32,000 bases of DNA from Haloferax volcanii DS2. GTDB taxonomy: Archaea; Halobacteriota; Halobacteria; Halobacteriales; Haloferacaceae. Shown here in pieces: positions 1 through 7,867 of the stretch; within the stretch, counting starts at the first letter, position 1; the number at the start of each line of letters is the position of its first letter. The position numbers were made by a program, and so were the translations under genes. The notes beneath the pieces are model-generated. The model worked only from the letters and a program-made list of their open reading frames with translations. It was not told the DNA's origin and did not search any database. The stretch lies in contig NC_013967.1 in NCBI RefSeq assembly GCF_000025685.1, forward strand, positions 2,550,001 through 2,582,000, read 5' to 3'.

Positions 1-495
1 AACTCGCTCGGCGGCGCAGTCGTCCTGACGCTCGCGCTCGAACGCGACCTCGACCTCGACGCGCTCGTCCTCGCGGGCACGGGCGCGAAACTCGCCGTGC
101 TCTCGGACCTGTTGGACTGGCTCGAAAACGACTTCGACCGCGCCGTCTCCTTCCTCCACGGCGAGGACAAACTGTTCCACACCGACGACGAGCGCCTCGT
201 CGAGGGCTCCAAAGAAGCGATGTACGACGCCGGACAGGCGGTCACCCTCCGAGACTTCCTGTCGTGTCACACGTTCGACGTGCGCGACGAAGTGAGCGAG
301 ATTTCGGTGCCGACGCTCGCGCTCGTCGGCGAGTACGACCGCCTGACGCCGCCGTCGTACCACGAGTACCTCGCGGAGACGATGCCCGACGGCGAACTCG
401 GGACCGTCGAAGACGCCGCGCACCTCGCGATGCTCGAACGGCCGGCGGCGTTCAACGAGGCCGTGAAGTCGTTCCTCGACCGCCGCGTGGCGTAA
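1..495 (+). CDS. alpha/beta-fold hydrolase, C-terminal part (5' end outside the window)
   Basis: Frame 1 is open from base 1 (NSLGGAVVLTLALE...). The listed ORF 97..495 is only the first in-frame GTG. 'NSLGG' fits the G-x-S-x-G nucleophile elbow, and the C-terminal 'EDAAHLAMLERP' fits the catalytic His region. Strong GC3 bias. Confidence 0.75.
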   Translation, partial: NSLGGAVVLTLALERDLDLDALVLAGTGAKLAVLSDLLDWLENDFDRAVSFLHGEDKLFHTDDERLVEGSKEAMYDAGQAVTLRDFLSCHTFDVRDEVSEISVPTLALVGEYDRLTPPSYHEYLAETMPDGELGTVEDAAHLAMLERPAAFNEAVKSFLDRRVA

Positions 496-538
496 GTCGT
501 CGCAACCGGGCGCGAGCGCGGGTCTCGGGGTCGCGCGC

Positions 539-1348
539 TCAGTACAGTTCGTCGAGGTCGTCTTCGACGTGGCTGTGTTCGTCGGCCGGGAACTCACCGG
601 CCTCGACGGCGTCCCGGTACGCGCCGACCGCCTTCTCCATCTCCGATTTCACGTCGCCGAACTGGGTCGCGAAGGGCGGGGTGCGGTCGCTCATGCCGAC
701 CACGTCGTCGACGACGAGCACCTGCCCGTCGCAGTCGGGGCCCGCGCCGATGCCGATTGTCGGGATGTCGATGGCCTCTGTGACCTGTTTCGCGAGGTTC
801 GCCGGGACGTGTTCGAGGACGAGCGAGAACGCGCCCGCCTCGGCGTGGGCCTTCGCGAGGTCGAGAATCTCCTGTGCGTCGTCGCGGTCGGTGCCCTGCC
901 TGCCGTAGCCGACCTCCTTGACGCGCTGGGGCGTTAGCCCGAGGTGGGCCATCACGGGGACGCCGAGTCGGACGAGGCGTTCGGTCAACTCGACGGTGTG
1001 GGGACCGCACTCCAGTTTGACCGCGTCGGCGTCGGCCTCCTTGAGCATCCGGCCGCAGTGCTCGACGCTCGACGCCTCGTCCACGCCGACCGAGAGGAAG
1101 GGCATATCAGCGACGACGAGGGCGTCGTCGGTCGCGCGCGCCACCGCGGCGGTTCGGCTCGCCACGTCCTCGACGGTCACCGGGAGCGTCGAGTCGTAGC
1201 CGAGCGCCGTGTTACCCATGCTGTCGCCGACGAGGACGATGTCGATGCCCGCCTCGTCGACGACGCCCGCGGTCGGCGCGTCGTACGCCGTGAGCATCGT
1301 GATGGGCTCGCTACCAGCCTTCGCCCGAATGGACCGTACCGTGACCAT
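539..1348 (-). CDS. panB: 3-methyl-2-oxobutanoate hydroxymethyltransferase (ketopantoate hydroxymethyltransferase)
   Basis: The protein from MVTVRSIRAKAG...ITMLTAYDAPTAGVVDEAGIDIVLVGDSMGN...KLECG...GLTPQ is a full-length PanB-like sequence. I chose the internal ATG at 1348 because the 73 aa upstream in ORF 539..1567 are basic and low-complexity, unlike haloarchaeal proteins. Confidence 0.92.
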   Translation of the reverse strand: MVTVRSIRAKAGSEPITMLTAYDAPTAGVVDEAGIDIVLVGDSMGNTALGYDSTLPVTVEDVASRTAAVARATDDALVVADMPFLSVGVDEASSVEHCGRMLKEADADAVKLECGPHTVELTERLVRLGVPVMAHLGLTPQRVKEVGYGRQGTDRDDAQEILDLAKAHAEAGAFSLVLEHVPANLAKQVTEAIDIPTIGIGAGPDCDGQVLVVDDVVGMSDRTPPFATQFGDVKSEMEKAVGAYRDAVEAGEFPADEHSHVEDDLDELY

Positions 1349-1487
1349 GCGTGTCGTTCGCGCGTCCGGGTTATCAGCGTCACCCTTGCGCGCCGCCGAC
1401 CGCGAGTCGCCGGGAGTCGCGCCGGTCGCCCCGACCTGCGATTGAAGTAACACTTTACTTAGGAGGGCGCGCCTGTCCGAACGACGC

Positions 1488-1994
1488 ATGCCCGCTTTAG
1501 CACCCTCCGAGCGCCGCTCGTCCCGCGGCATCTCCCCGGTCGTCGGCGTCTCGCTTCTCGTCGTCATCGTCGTCCTCCTCGCCGCGATGGTCGGGATGAT
1601 GGTGATGGGGTTCGAAGACGTGCTCTCCGAGCCGCAACCGCAGGTGTCGTTCGACGTGGACTACCACCCCGACGGCGTCGACAACGGCGCGAACGGCGCG
1701 TACATCAACATCACCCACGAGTTCGGCAGTCTCGAAGACGGCAGTCGGGTGTTCGTCGTCGACGACGCCAACAACCGAATCGCGTGGGAAGACGTGTGGA
1801 CCGGCGGCGAGACGGTCGGTCCCGCGGGCGAGTACGCCCACATCGACGGTGCCGGCTCCGACAGCGCGCTGAAGCCCATCTGCGAGGCGGGCCAGCGCTA
1901 CCGGGTCGTCATCGAACACGAAGACGGGTCGTCGAGTATCCTCGTCGACTACGAGATTCCGACCGAGCCGACCTCCAAAAGCGCCGCCTGCTGA
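1488..1994 (+). CDS. archaeal type IV pilin-like protein with class III signal peptide
   Basis: The N-terminus MPALAPSERRSSRGISPVVGVSLLVVIVVLLAAMV matches the prepilin-peptidase (PibD/FlaK-type) motif [KR]G-x-SPV-GV followed by a hydrophobic helix. The acidic beta-rich remainder ends in Cys. A TATA-like 'ctttactta' lies about 30 nt upstream. Confidence 0.7.
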   Translation: MPALAPSERRSSRGISPVVGVSLLVVIVVLLAAMVGMMVMGFEDVLSEPQPQVSFDVDYHPDGVDNGANGAYINITHEFGSLEDGSRVFVVDDANNRIAWEDVWTGGETVGPAGEYAHIDGAGSDSALKPICEAGQRYRVVIEHEDGSSSILVDYEIPTEPTSKSAAC

Positions 1995-2063
1995 GCGACG
2001 GGGCACACCGGAACGCCGGCACCGCGGGTCGCGAGCGCGAACCGGCACGCATTAGCCGTCCCC

Positions 2064-2366
2064 GTGATACTGCTACCCGTGCAACCAGTCGAGCGCTCGA
2101 ATCCGGACGGCGTCGATTACGGGTGGGTCATGCAGATGACCTTCGTCACGACGATTCTCGTCGGGTCGCCCATCGTCGCGGTCCTCTCCGTGAACGCGGG
2201 GCTCCAGACGTGGGGCGCGCGCGCCGAGTTCGCGATTCGCGTCGGCGCGGTCATCTGGTTCGTGACCGCCGTCGTCCTGTTCGTCTACGCCAAGCGGACC
2301 AACGCGGGCGACGGCGGGACGCCCCCCGAGGCGGAGTTAGACACCGACATCGACGCGGAGGACTGA
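2064..2366 (+). CDS. small two-TM membrane protein with acidic C-terminal tail (function unknown)
   Basis: Two hydrophobic segments (TFVTTILVGSPIVAVLSV and VGAVIWFVTAVVLFVY) precede an acidic tail, and GC3 is coding-like. The start is ambiguous: GTG 2064, GTG 2079 or ATG 2130, all in frame. Confidence 0.55.
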   Translation: MILLPVQPVERSNPDGVDYGWVMQMTFVTTILVGSPIVAVLSVNAGLQTWGARAEFAIRVGAVIWFVTAVVLFVYAKRTNAGDGGTPPEAELDTDIDAED

Positions 2367-2460
2367 GGTCGGCGCGAACGCGGCGACCGGGGACGCCCCC
2401 CGCGACCGCGGCGGCGCTCGCTCCCGGAAACTCTTTCACACGATACGGCGACGTTCTCGT

Positions 2461-3309
2461 ATGATAGACGAGACCATCGAGGAGATTCGCGAGATGCAGA
2501 CGCACAGCTCCTCGGTCGTCGCCGTCAAGGCCACGCGGGCGCTCGCGGAACTGACCGAGCGCGACTACGCGACCGTCGAGGAGTTCGAACGCGACCTCGA
2601 ACGCAACGTCGGCGCGCTCAAGCGGGCGAACCCGTCGCACGCGTCGCTGTACAACGCCCTCCAGGACGTGCTTCACAGCGTCCAAGGCGAGGCGGACGAC
2701 CTCGACGAGGCGCGGGAGCTCACCCTGTCGACCATCGACCGCGTGGTCGAGACCGTCGAGACGGGCAAGCGCCACGCGGCCCAACAGGCGGCCGCGACCA
2801 TCGAAGACGGCCAGACGTTCCTCACCCACGACTACTCCTCGACGGTCATGGAGGCCGTCGAACTCGCCGTCGCCGACGGCGCGCAGCTCACCGCCTACGT
2901 GACGGAGGCCCGCCCGCGCTTCCTCGGCCGGAAGTTCGCGCGCGAACTCGCCGCCATCGACGACGTCGAGCCGCACCTGATGGTCGACGGCGCGTCCGGG
3001 ATGTTCCTCCCGGGGTGCGACCGCGTCATCATCGGCATGGACTGCATCGTCGAGGAGACGCTCTACAACCGCATCGGGACGTTCCCGCTCGTCGCCGCCG
3101 CCAACGAGGTCGGCGTGCCGGTCACGGTCGTCGGTTCGGGCGCGAAAGTCGTCGACGGCGGCTTCCGCTTCGAAAACGAGATTCGCTCGCCCAGCGAGGT
3201 CATGCTCGAACCCGTCGAGGGCATCGAACTGGAGAACCCCGCCTACGACGCCACGCCGGTCGACCTCATCGACGAGGTCATCACCGACGAGGGCGTCATC
3301 GAGTTCTGA
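2461..3309 (+). CDS. eIF-2B alpha/beta/delta-family protein (ribose-1,5-bisphosphate isomerase-like)
   Basis: This is a 282-aa protein whose fold signature is typical of archaeal e2b2 / R15P-isomerase-like proteins (…FLTHDYSSTVMEAV…YVTEARPRFLGR…GMDCIVEETLYNRIGTFPLVAAANEVGVPV…NPAYDATPVDLID…). Confidence 0.82.
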   Translation: MIDETIEEIREMQTHSSSVVAVKATRALAELTERDYATVEEFERDLERNVGALKRANPSHASLYNALQDVLHSVQGEADDLDEARELTLSTIDRVVETVETGKRHAAQQAAATIEDGQTFLTHDYSSTVMEAVELAVADGAQLTAYVTEARPRFLGRKFARELAAIDDVEPHLMVDGASGMFLPGCDRVIIGMDCIVEETLYNRIGTFPLVAAANEVGVPVTVVGSGAKVVDGGFRFENEIRSPSEVMLEPVEGIELENPAYDATPVDLIDEVITDEGVIEF

Positions 3310-3360
3310 GCGGGCGGCGCGTCGCCCGCGGCCCGATTCGACTTCTCGCCGTTCGACCCG

Positions 3361-4479
3361 TCAGCCGAGGCTGACCCACTCGCCGGCCTCGTCGGAGCGC
3401 TCGATGGCGTCGAGAATCGACTGGACCTCGTAGCCGTCCTCGAACGACGGCGAGAAGTCGCCGCCGCCGGCGACCGCCGACAGGAACTCGTAGTTCTCGT
3501 GGACGAACGTGTGTTCCCAGCCGAGGACGTGGCCCGGCGGCCACCAGTGGTCGAGGTAGGGGTCGTCCTCGTCGGTGACGAGCACCGTCTCGTAGCCGCG
3601 GGCGTCGCCGGTTTTCACCTCCAGTTCGTTGAGGCGTTCGAGCGAGAACTGAAGGCTGCCCTCGGAGCCGTGAATCTCGATGGTGTGGTCGTTCTTGTGG
3701 CCGTCTGCGAAGCGCGAGGCCTCGAAGCTCCCGACCGCGCCGTTTTCGAACTCGGCCTGCGCGGTGTAGGCGTCGTCGACGGTCACGGGCCGGTACTCGT
3801 CCTCGCCGGGGACGGGCCGCTCGTCGACGAACGTCTGGAGATGCCCCGAGATGCGGTCGATGTCGCCGGCGCGGTCACTGACGAGGAACCGAACGAGGTC
3901 GATGGTGTGCGCGCCGAGGTCACCGAGCGCGCCGGAGCCGGCGGCGTCTTCGTCCATGCGCCACGTCCACGGCGCGTCGGCGTCGACGAGCCAATCCTGC
4001 AAGTAGCGCCCGCGAACGTGTCGAATCTCGCCGAGTTCGCCGCTCTCGATGAGTCGCTTGGCGTACCGGATGGCGGGCACGAAGCGGTAGTTGAACGCAC
4101 AGCCGGCGACGCCGTCGGCCGCGCGGGCGGCGTCGCGCATCGCCTCGGCCTCGTCGAGCGTCGGCGCGAGCGGCTTCTCGCAGAAGACGCTGGCACCGGC
4201 TTCGAGCGCGGCGATGGAGGGTTCGGCGTGGAGGTGGTTCGGGCCGAGGTTGTAGAACACGTCCACGTCGTCGACCACGTCGCGCCAGTCGGTCGCGGTC
4301 GATTCGAAGCCGAAGCGCTCCGCCGCGTCGGAAAGCGCCTCCTCGTCGCGGCCGACGATGACTGAGCGCTCCACGTCGGGCGCGTCGGGGAAGAACATCG
4401 GCAGGCGGGCGAGCGCATTGGAGTGCGCCTTGCCCATGAAGCGGTAGCCGAGGACGCCGACGGAAAGTTTGTCAGTCAT
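3361..4479 (-). CDS. Gfo/Idh/MocA-family NAD(P)-dependent oxidoreductase
   Basis: The N-terminal Rossmann motif VGVLGYRFMGKAHSNAL and the 'EKPLA' motif (FCEKPLAPTLDEAEAM) are characteristic of Gfo/Idh/MocA dehydrogenases. Confidence 0.9.
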   Translation of the reverse strand: MTDKLSVGVLGYRFMGKAHSNALARLPMFFPDAPDVERSVIVGRDEEALSDAAERFGFESTATDWRDVVDDVDVFYNLGPNHLHAEPSIAALEAGASVFCEKPLAPTLDEAEAMRDAARAADGVAGCAFNYRFVPAIRYAKRLIESGELGEIRHVRGRYLQDWLVDADAPWTWRMDEDAAGSGALGDLGAHTIDLVRFLVSDRAGDIDRISGHLQTFVDERPVPGEDEYRPVTVDDAYTAQAEFENGAVGSFEASRFADGHKNDHTIEIHGSEGSLQFSLERLNELEVKTGDARGYETVLVTDEDDPYLDHWWPPGHVLGWEHTFVHENYEFLSAVAGGGDFSPSFEDGYEVQSILDAIERSDEAGEWVSLG

Positions 4480-4482
4480 GAA

Positions 4483-5451
4483 TTACTCCGCCCAGTAGGC
4501 GTCGCCGGGTTGCGTCTCGAAGACGGCACGCGAGAGCACGTCGACGGCCTTTTCGAGTCCCTCCGTGGACGACGTGAGCGCGTCCTCGTGTTCGATGGAG
4601 AGCGCGCCCTCGTAGCCGACCATGCGGAGCGTCGAGACCACGTCCTTCCAGTGGCCTTCGTCGTGGCCGTAGCCGATAGAGCGGAACAGCCACGAGCGGT
4701 CGGCGGTGTCCGCGTAGGAGGTCGTGTCGAGGACGCCCTTGATGCGCGACTCGGACTCGTAGACCTTCGTGTCCTTCGCGTGGAAGTGGTGGATGGCGTC
4801 CTCCTCGCCGAGGAACCGAATCGCGTCGGTGATGGAGATGTCCTGCCAGTAGAGGTGCGAGGGGTCGAAGTTCGCGCCGATGCGCTCGTTCGTCGCCTCG
4901 CGGAGCTTCAGCATGCCCGTGGGCTCGTAGACGAGCATGTTCGGGTGCATCTCGATGGCGATGTCCACGCCGTGGTCGTCGGCGAACGCGGCGAGGTCCG
5001 ACCAGTAGTCGACGGCGACCTCCCACTGGTAGTCGTGGGCGTCGGCGTGCTCGGTCGGCCACGGCGCGGTAATCCAGTTCGGTACCTCGTCGTTCGGGCC
5101 GCCGGCGGGGAGTCCCGAGAAACAGGTGACGGTGTTCACGTCGAGGGCGTCCGCGAGTTCGATGGCCTCGCGGAGTTCGGTGTCGGCCTCGGCGGCCGTC
5201 TCCTCGACGGGGTGAAGCGGGTTGTTGTGCGTCGCGAGCGCGCTGATTTGCAGGTCTCGGCTCTCGACCGAGTCGAGGAGGTCGGCCTGCGCGTCGTCGT
5301 CCGCGAGGACGGCGCTTCGGTCGACGTGGTCCTCGCCGGGCCAGCCGCCGACGGCGAGTTCGACGCCGTCGACGCCGATACCGGACAGGTAGTCGAGCGC
5401 GTCGTCGAGGGGTTCGTCTCCGAGCGGGACGGTGAGCACTCCGATGTACAT
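4483..5451 (-). CDS. sugar phosphate isomerase/epimerase (xylose-isomerase-like TIM barrel)
   Basis: MYIGVLTVPLGDEPLDDALDYLSGIGVDGVELAVGG… with later IEMHP and SIEHED segments is typical of the AP-endonuclease-2/xylose-isomerase-like TIM family. I chose ATG 5451, which has an AT-rich TATA about 30 nt upstream. The stop is 3 nt from the start of the downstream oxidoreductase. Confidence 0.87.
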   Translation of the reverse strand: MYIGVLTVPLGDEPLDDALDYLSGIGVDGVELAVGGWPGEDHVDRSAVLADDDAQADLLDSVESRDLQISALATHNNPLHPVEETAAEADTELREAIELADALDVNTVTCFSGLPAGGPNDEVPNWITAPWPTEHADAHDYQWEVAVDYWSDLAAFADDHGVDIAIEMHPNMLVYEPTGMLKLREATNERIGANFDPSHLYWQDISITDAIRFLGEEDAIHHFHAKDTKVYESESRIKGVLDTTSYADTADRSWLFRSIGYGHDEGHWKDVVSTLRMVGYEGALSIEHEDALTSSTEGLEKAVDVLSRAVFETQPGDAYWAE

Positions 5452-5473
5452 ATCAACCACATATACTAGGAAG

Positions 5474-5490
5474 TGAATAAAAATTAAGGA
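5474..5490 (-). promoter_or_regulatory. TATA-like box for the TIM-barrel/oxidoreductase operon
   Basis: The minus strand reads ccTTAATTTTTATTc, centred about 31 nt upstream of ATG 5451. It is the most AT-rich stretch in this part of the window. Confidence 0.5.
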
Positions 5491-5560
5491 TACGCGCAAC
5501 CGGGTCAACGGCGGCGCGGCGGCTCTCCGAATCGGCGTCGAATACGGTTCTGTCAGGCGA

Positions 5561-6019
5561 TTACCGGCGGAGGAACTCCGAGAGCTTCTCTCTGAGGCCT
5601 GCTTCCTCGCCGAGTCGGAGGTAGAACGCGGCCCCGCCGTCCTCGTAGTAGTTGTCGATGCGGCGGCGGACCTCGAAGCCCATCCGCTCGTAGAAGTCGA
5701 GGGCGTTCGTGTTCGTCGTCCGGGCGTGACAGGTCACGACCGGATGCTCCCTCGCGACCTCGGCGACGAGTCGCTTGCCGTAGCCCTCGCCGCGGGCGTC
5801 GGGCGAGACCGCGAGAAAGAGGATGTAGCCGTCGCGCCGCGTGGAGGCGAACGCGACGAGCGCGTCGTTCTCGTAGAGGAGATACGTGTTCGACCGGCGG
5901 TAGGCGTCCATGAAAAAGCCCCGTCGCTGCTTGAGGAGGCCCTCCTCGACCCGAATCCGCTCTTTCAGGTCCCAGGCCGCCTCGGCGTACTCGCGCTGGC
6001 CGGGGGCGTCGACCCGCAT
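5561..6019 (-). CDS. GNAT-family N-acetyltransferase
   Basis: MRVDAPGQREYAEAAWDL… contains the acetyl-CoA binding motif LAVSPDARGEGYGKRLV and FYERMGF. I chose the internal ATG 6019 because the upstream 98 aa of ORF 5561..6313 are Ser/Arg-rich and non-acidic. Confidence 0.8.
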   Translation of the reverse strand: MRVDAPGQREYAEAAWDLKERIRVEEGLLKQRRGFFMDAYRRSNTYLLYENDALVAFASTRRDGYILFLAVSPDARGEGYGKRLVAEVAREHPVVTCHARTTNTNALDFYERMGFEVRRRIDNYYEDGGAAFYLRLGEEAGLREKLSEFLRR

Positions 6020-6215
6020 CTCCACGTTGACGCTCACGTCCCGTCGTAGCCGGAGCGAGAATATAACTCCACCGTCCGTTTGCAGGTCCGACCGAAGCCG
6101 CCGTCGGCAAACCGGATAGCTCACCGACACGAACGACGCGCGAACGCGGGGGGTCCGGGACGCGAACCCGTCGCCGACCGAAAGGACGAGGGTCGGCCGC
6201 GTCCGTCCCTTCGGT

Positions 6216-6626
6216 ATGGGATTCACGCTCCGCGACCACACCGCCGACGTGGCCGTCGAGGCCGACGGCGAGAGCCTCGGTGCCGTCTTCGCCGCCGTCG
6301 CCGACGGGCTCACCGCCGCGATGTGCGACGACCCCGCCGAGACGGGCGACCGCTTTTCGTTCGCCGTCCGCGCTGAGGGCCGCGAGGCGCTGTTGTTCGA
6401 CTACCTCGACCAACTCATCTACGAGCGCGACGTGCGCGGCGTCCTCCCCGCGGCCCACGAGGCGACCGTCCGGCTGGAGGGCGACGAGTGGGTCGTCGAG
6501 GCGTCCGCACGCGGCGTCCCCTTCGCCGACGTGGACGCCCGCGACGTGAAGGCTGTCACCTACTCCGAGATGCGACTGGCGGAGACCGACGCCGGGTGGG
6601 AGGCGTACGTCGTCTTCGACGTGTGA
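6216..6626 (+). CDS. archease (RtcB activator family)
   Basis: This 136-aa protein has the N-terminal 'DHTADVAVEA' motif and a C-terminal 'VKAVTYSEMRL…VVFDV', which is the typical archease architecture. Confidence 0.9.
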   Translation: MGFTLRDHTADVAVEADGESLGAVFAAVADGLTAAMCDDPAETGDRFSFAVRAEGREALLFDYLDQLIYERDVRGVLPAAHEATVRLEGDEWVVEASARGVPFADVDARDVKAVTYSEMRLAETDAGWEAYVVFDV

Positions 6627-6717
6627 CGTTCCGATTCAATCGTTTCATACCTTCTCTCGCCCGGTTTCGGCTGTATTCATCCCGCGCCGTTATGTTCGTT
6701 CGGTCGTAACCCGAGAC

Positions 6718-7830
6718 ATGACACAGCATGTCCGCGGGGCGACCCGACTCGCCGGCCTCGTCGCGCTCCTCGCGGCGGGGGCGGGGAGCGCGAGCGCGCA
6801 CGTCAAGTACGTGACGCCGGGGAGCGACCCCGTCGAAGTGGCGGCGTTTCTGTCGGCTGCGCTGACCGACCCGTTCAATCTCGCCGTCCTCGGCGCGGGC
6901 GGCGTCGGTGTCGCGGTCGCCGGTGCGGCCTACCTTCGGTTCCGACCGCTCCCGAACGACGTTCGGGCGTTCCGCCGAACGATGGCGTCCTACGAGTCGC
7001 TTCTCCCGTGGCTCCTCCGCCTCGCGGTTGGGCTCCCGCTCGTCGGCGCGGGGTTTTCGGGCTACTTCTTCTCGCCCGCAGTCCAGTCCTCGTCACCCGT
7101 CTTCGTCCGACTGTTCGGCATCACGGTCGGGTTCCTCCTGCTGTTCGGGTTCGGGACGCGCCTCGTCGCCGCGGTCGGCCTCGGAACCTACCTCGTCGGA
7201 CTGGCGGTCGAGCCGGCGTTAGTCCTCGCGTTCGAGTACGTGCCGGGCTTCCTCGCCATCGCACTCGTCGGCGGCGGCCGCCCCAGCGCTGACCACGTCG
7301 TCGCCTCGATGGCCGCCGACGACCGGACGTTCTACTCCCGCATCGACCCGTTCTATCGTCGGGTCGCCCTCCCGTTCGTCGAGCGGACTCGCCACCTCGA
7401 AGCCTACGTGCCCGCGGTTCTCCGGGTCGGCCTCGGCCTCACGTTCGTCTACCTCGGCGTCGCTCAGAAGCTCATGGAGCCGGGCGACGCGCTTGCGGTC
7501 GTCGCCAAGTACGACCTCACCGCGGTCGTCCCGGTCGCACCAGAACTGTGGGTCGTCGGCGCGGGGCTGACTGAGGCGCTCGTCGGCGTCCTGCTCGTCG
7601 GCGGCGCGTTCACCAGAGCGGCCTCCGGCGTCGCCTTCCTGCTGTTCACGACGACGCTGTTCGGCCTGCCGGACGACCCCGTGCTGGCGCACATCTCGCT
7701 TTTCGGTCTCGTGTCGGCGCTGCTCGTGACCGGCGGCGGGCCGCTGTCCGTGGACCGCGCGCTTTCCAGCCGCGGCGCGGACGACGCCGAGAGCGACGGC
7801 GACGCGTCTGGGCGGTCCGCCGGCGCGTGA
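6718..7830 (+). CDS. polytopic membrane protein, DoxX-like, with N-terminal signal peptide
   Basis: A signal-like N-terminus (RLAGLVALLAAGAGSASA/HVKYV) is followed by about 8 hydrophobic segments in two similar halves and an acidic tail. The family assignment is tentative. Confidence 0.62.
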   Translation: MTQHVRGATRLAGLVALLAAGAGSASAHVKYVTPGSDPVEVAAFLSAALTDPFNLAVLGAGGVGVAVAGAAYLRFRPLPNDVRAFRRTMASYESLLPWLLRLAVGLPLVGAGFSGYFFSPAVQSSSPVFVRLFGITVGFLLLFGFGTRLVAAVGLGTYLVGLAVEPALVLAFEYVPGFLAIALVGGGRPSADHVVASMAADDRTFYSRIDPFYRRVALPFVERTRHLEAYVPAVLRVGLGLTFVYLGVAQKLMEPGDALAVVAKYDLTAVVPVAPELWVVGAGLTEALVGVLLVGGAFTRAASGVAFLLFTTTLFGLPDDPVLAHISLFGLVSALLVTGGGPLSVDRALSSRGADDAESDGDASGRSAGA

Positions 7831-7867
7831 CGGAATCCTATTGAGTCGCCGCGTCGATTGTCCGCGT

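Noticed and set aside
1349-1567. Longer N-terminal extensions offered by the ORF track for panB (to 1567), the TIM-barrel gene (to 5508), the GNAT (to 6313), DUF420 (from 14903), RtcB (from 7841), RNase J (from 18480) and the wHTH-GNAT (from 29607).
   Set aside because: The extensions are basic or low-complexity, lack GC3 bias or run through TATA-like boxes. The internal ATGs give N-termini matching the known family starts and sit about 25-30 nt from TATA-like elements.
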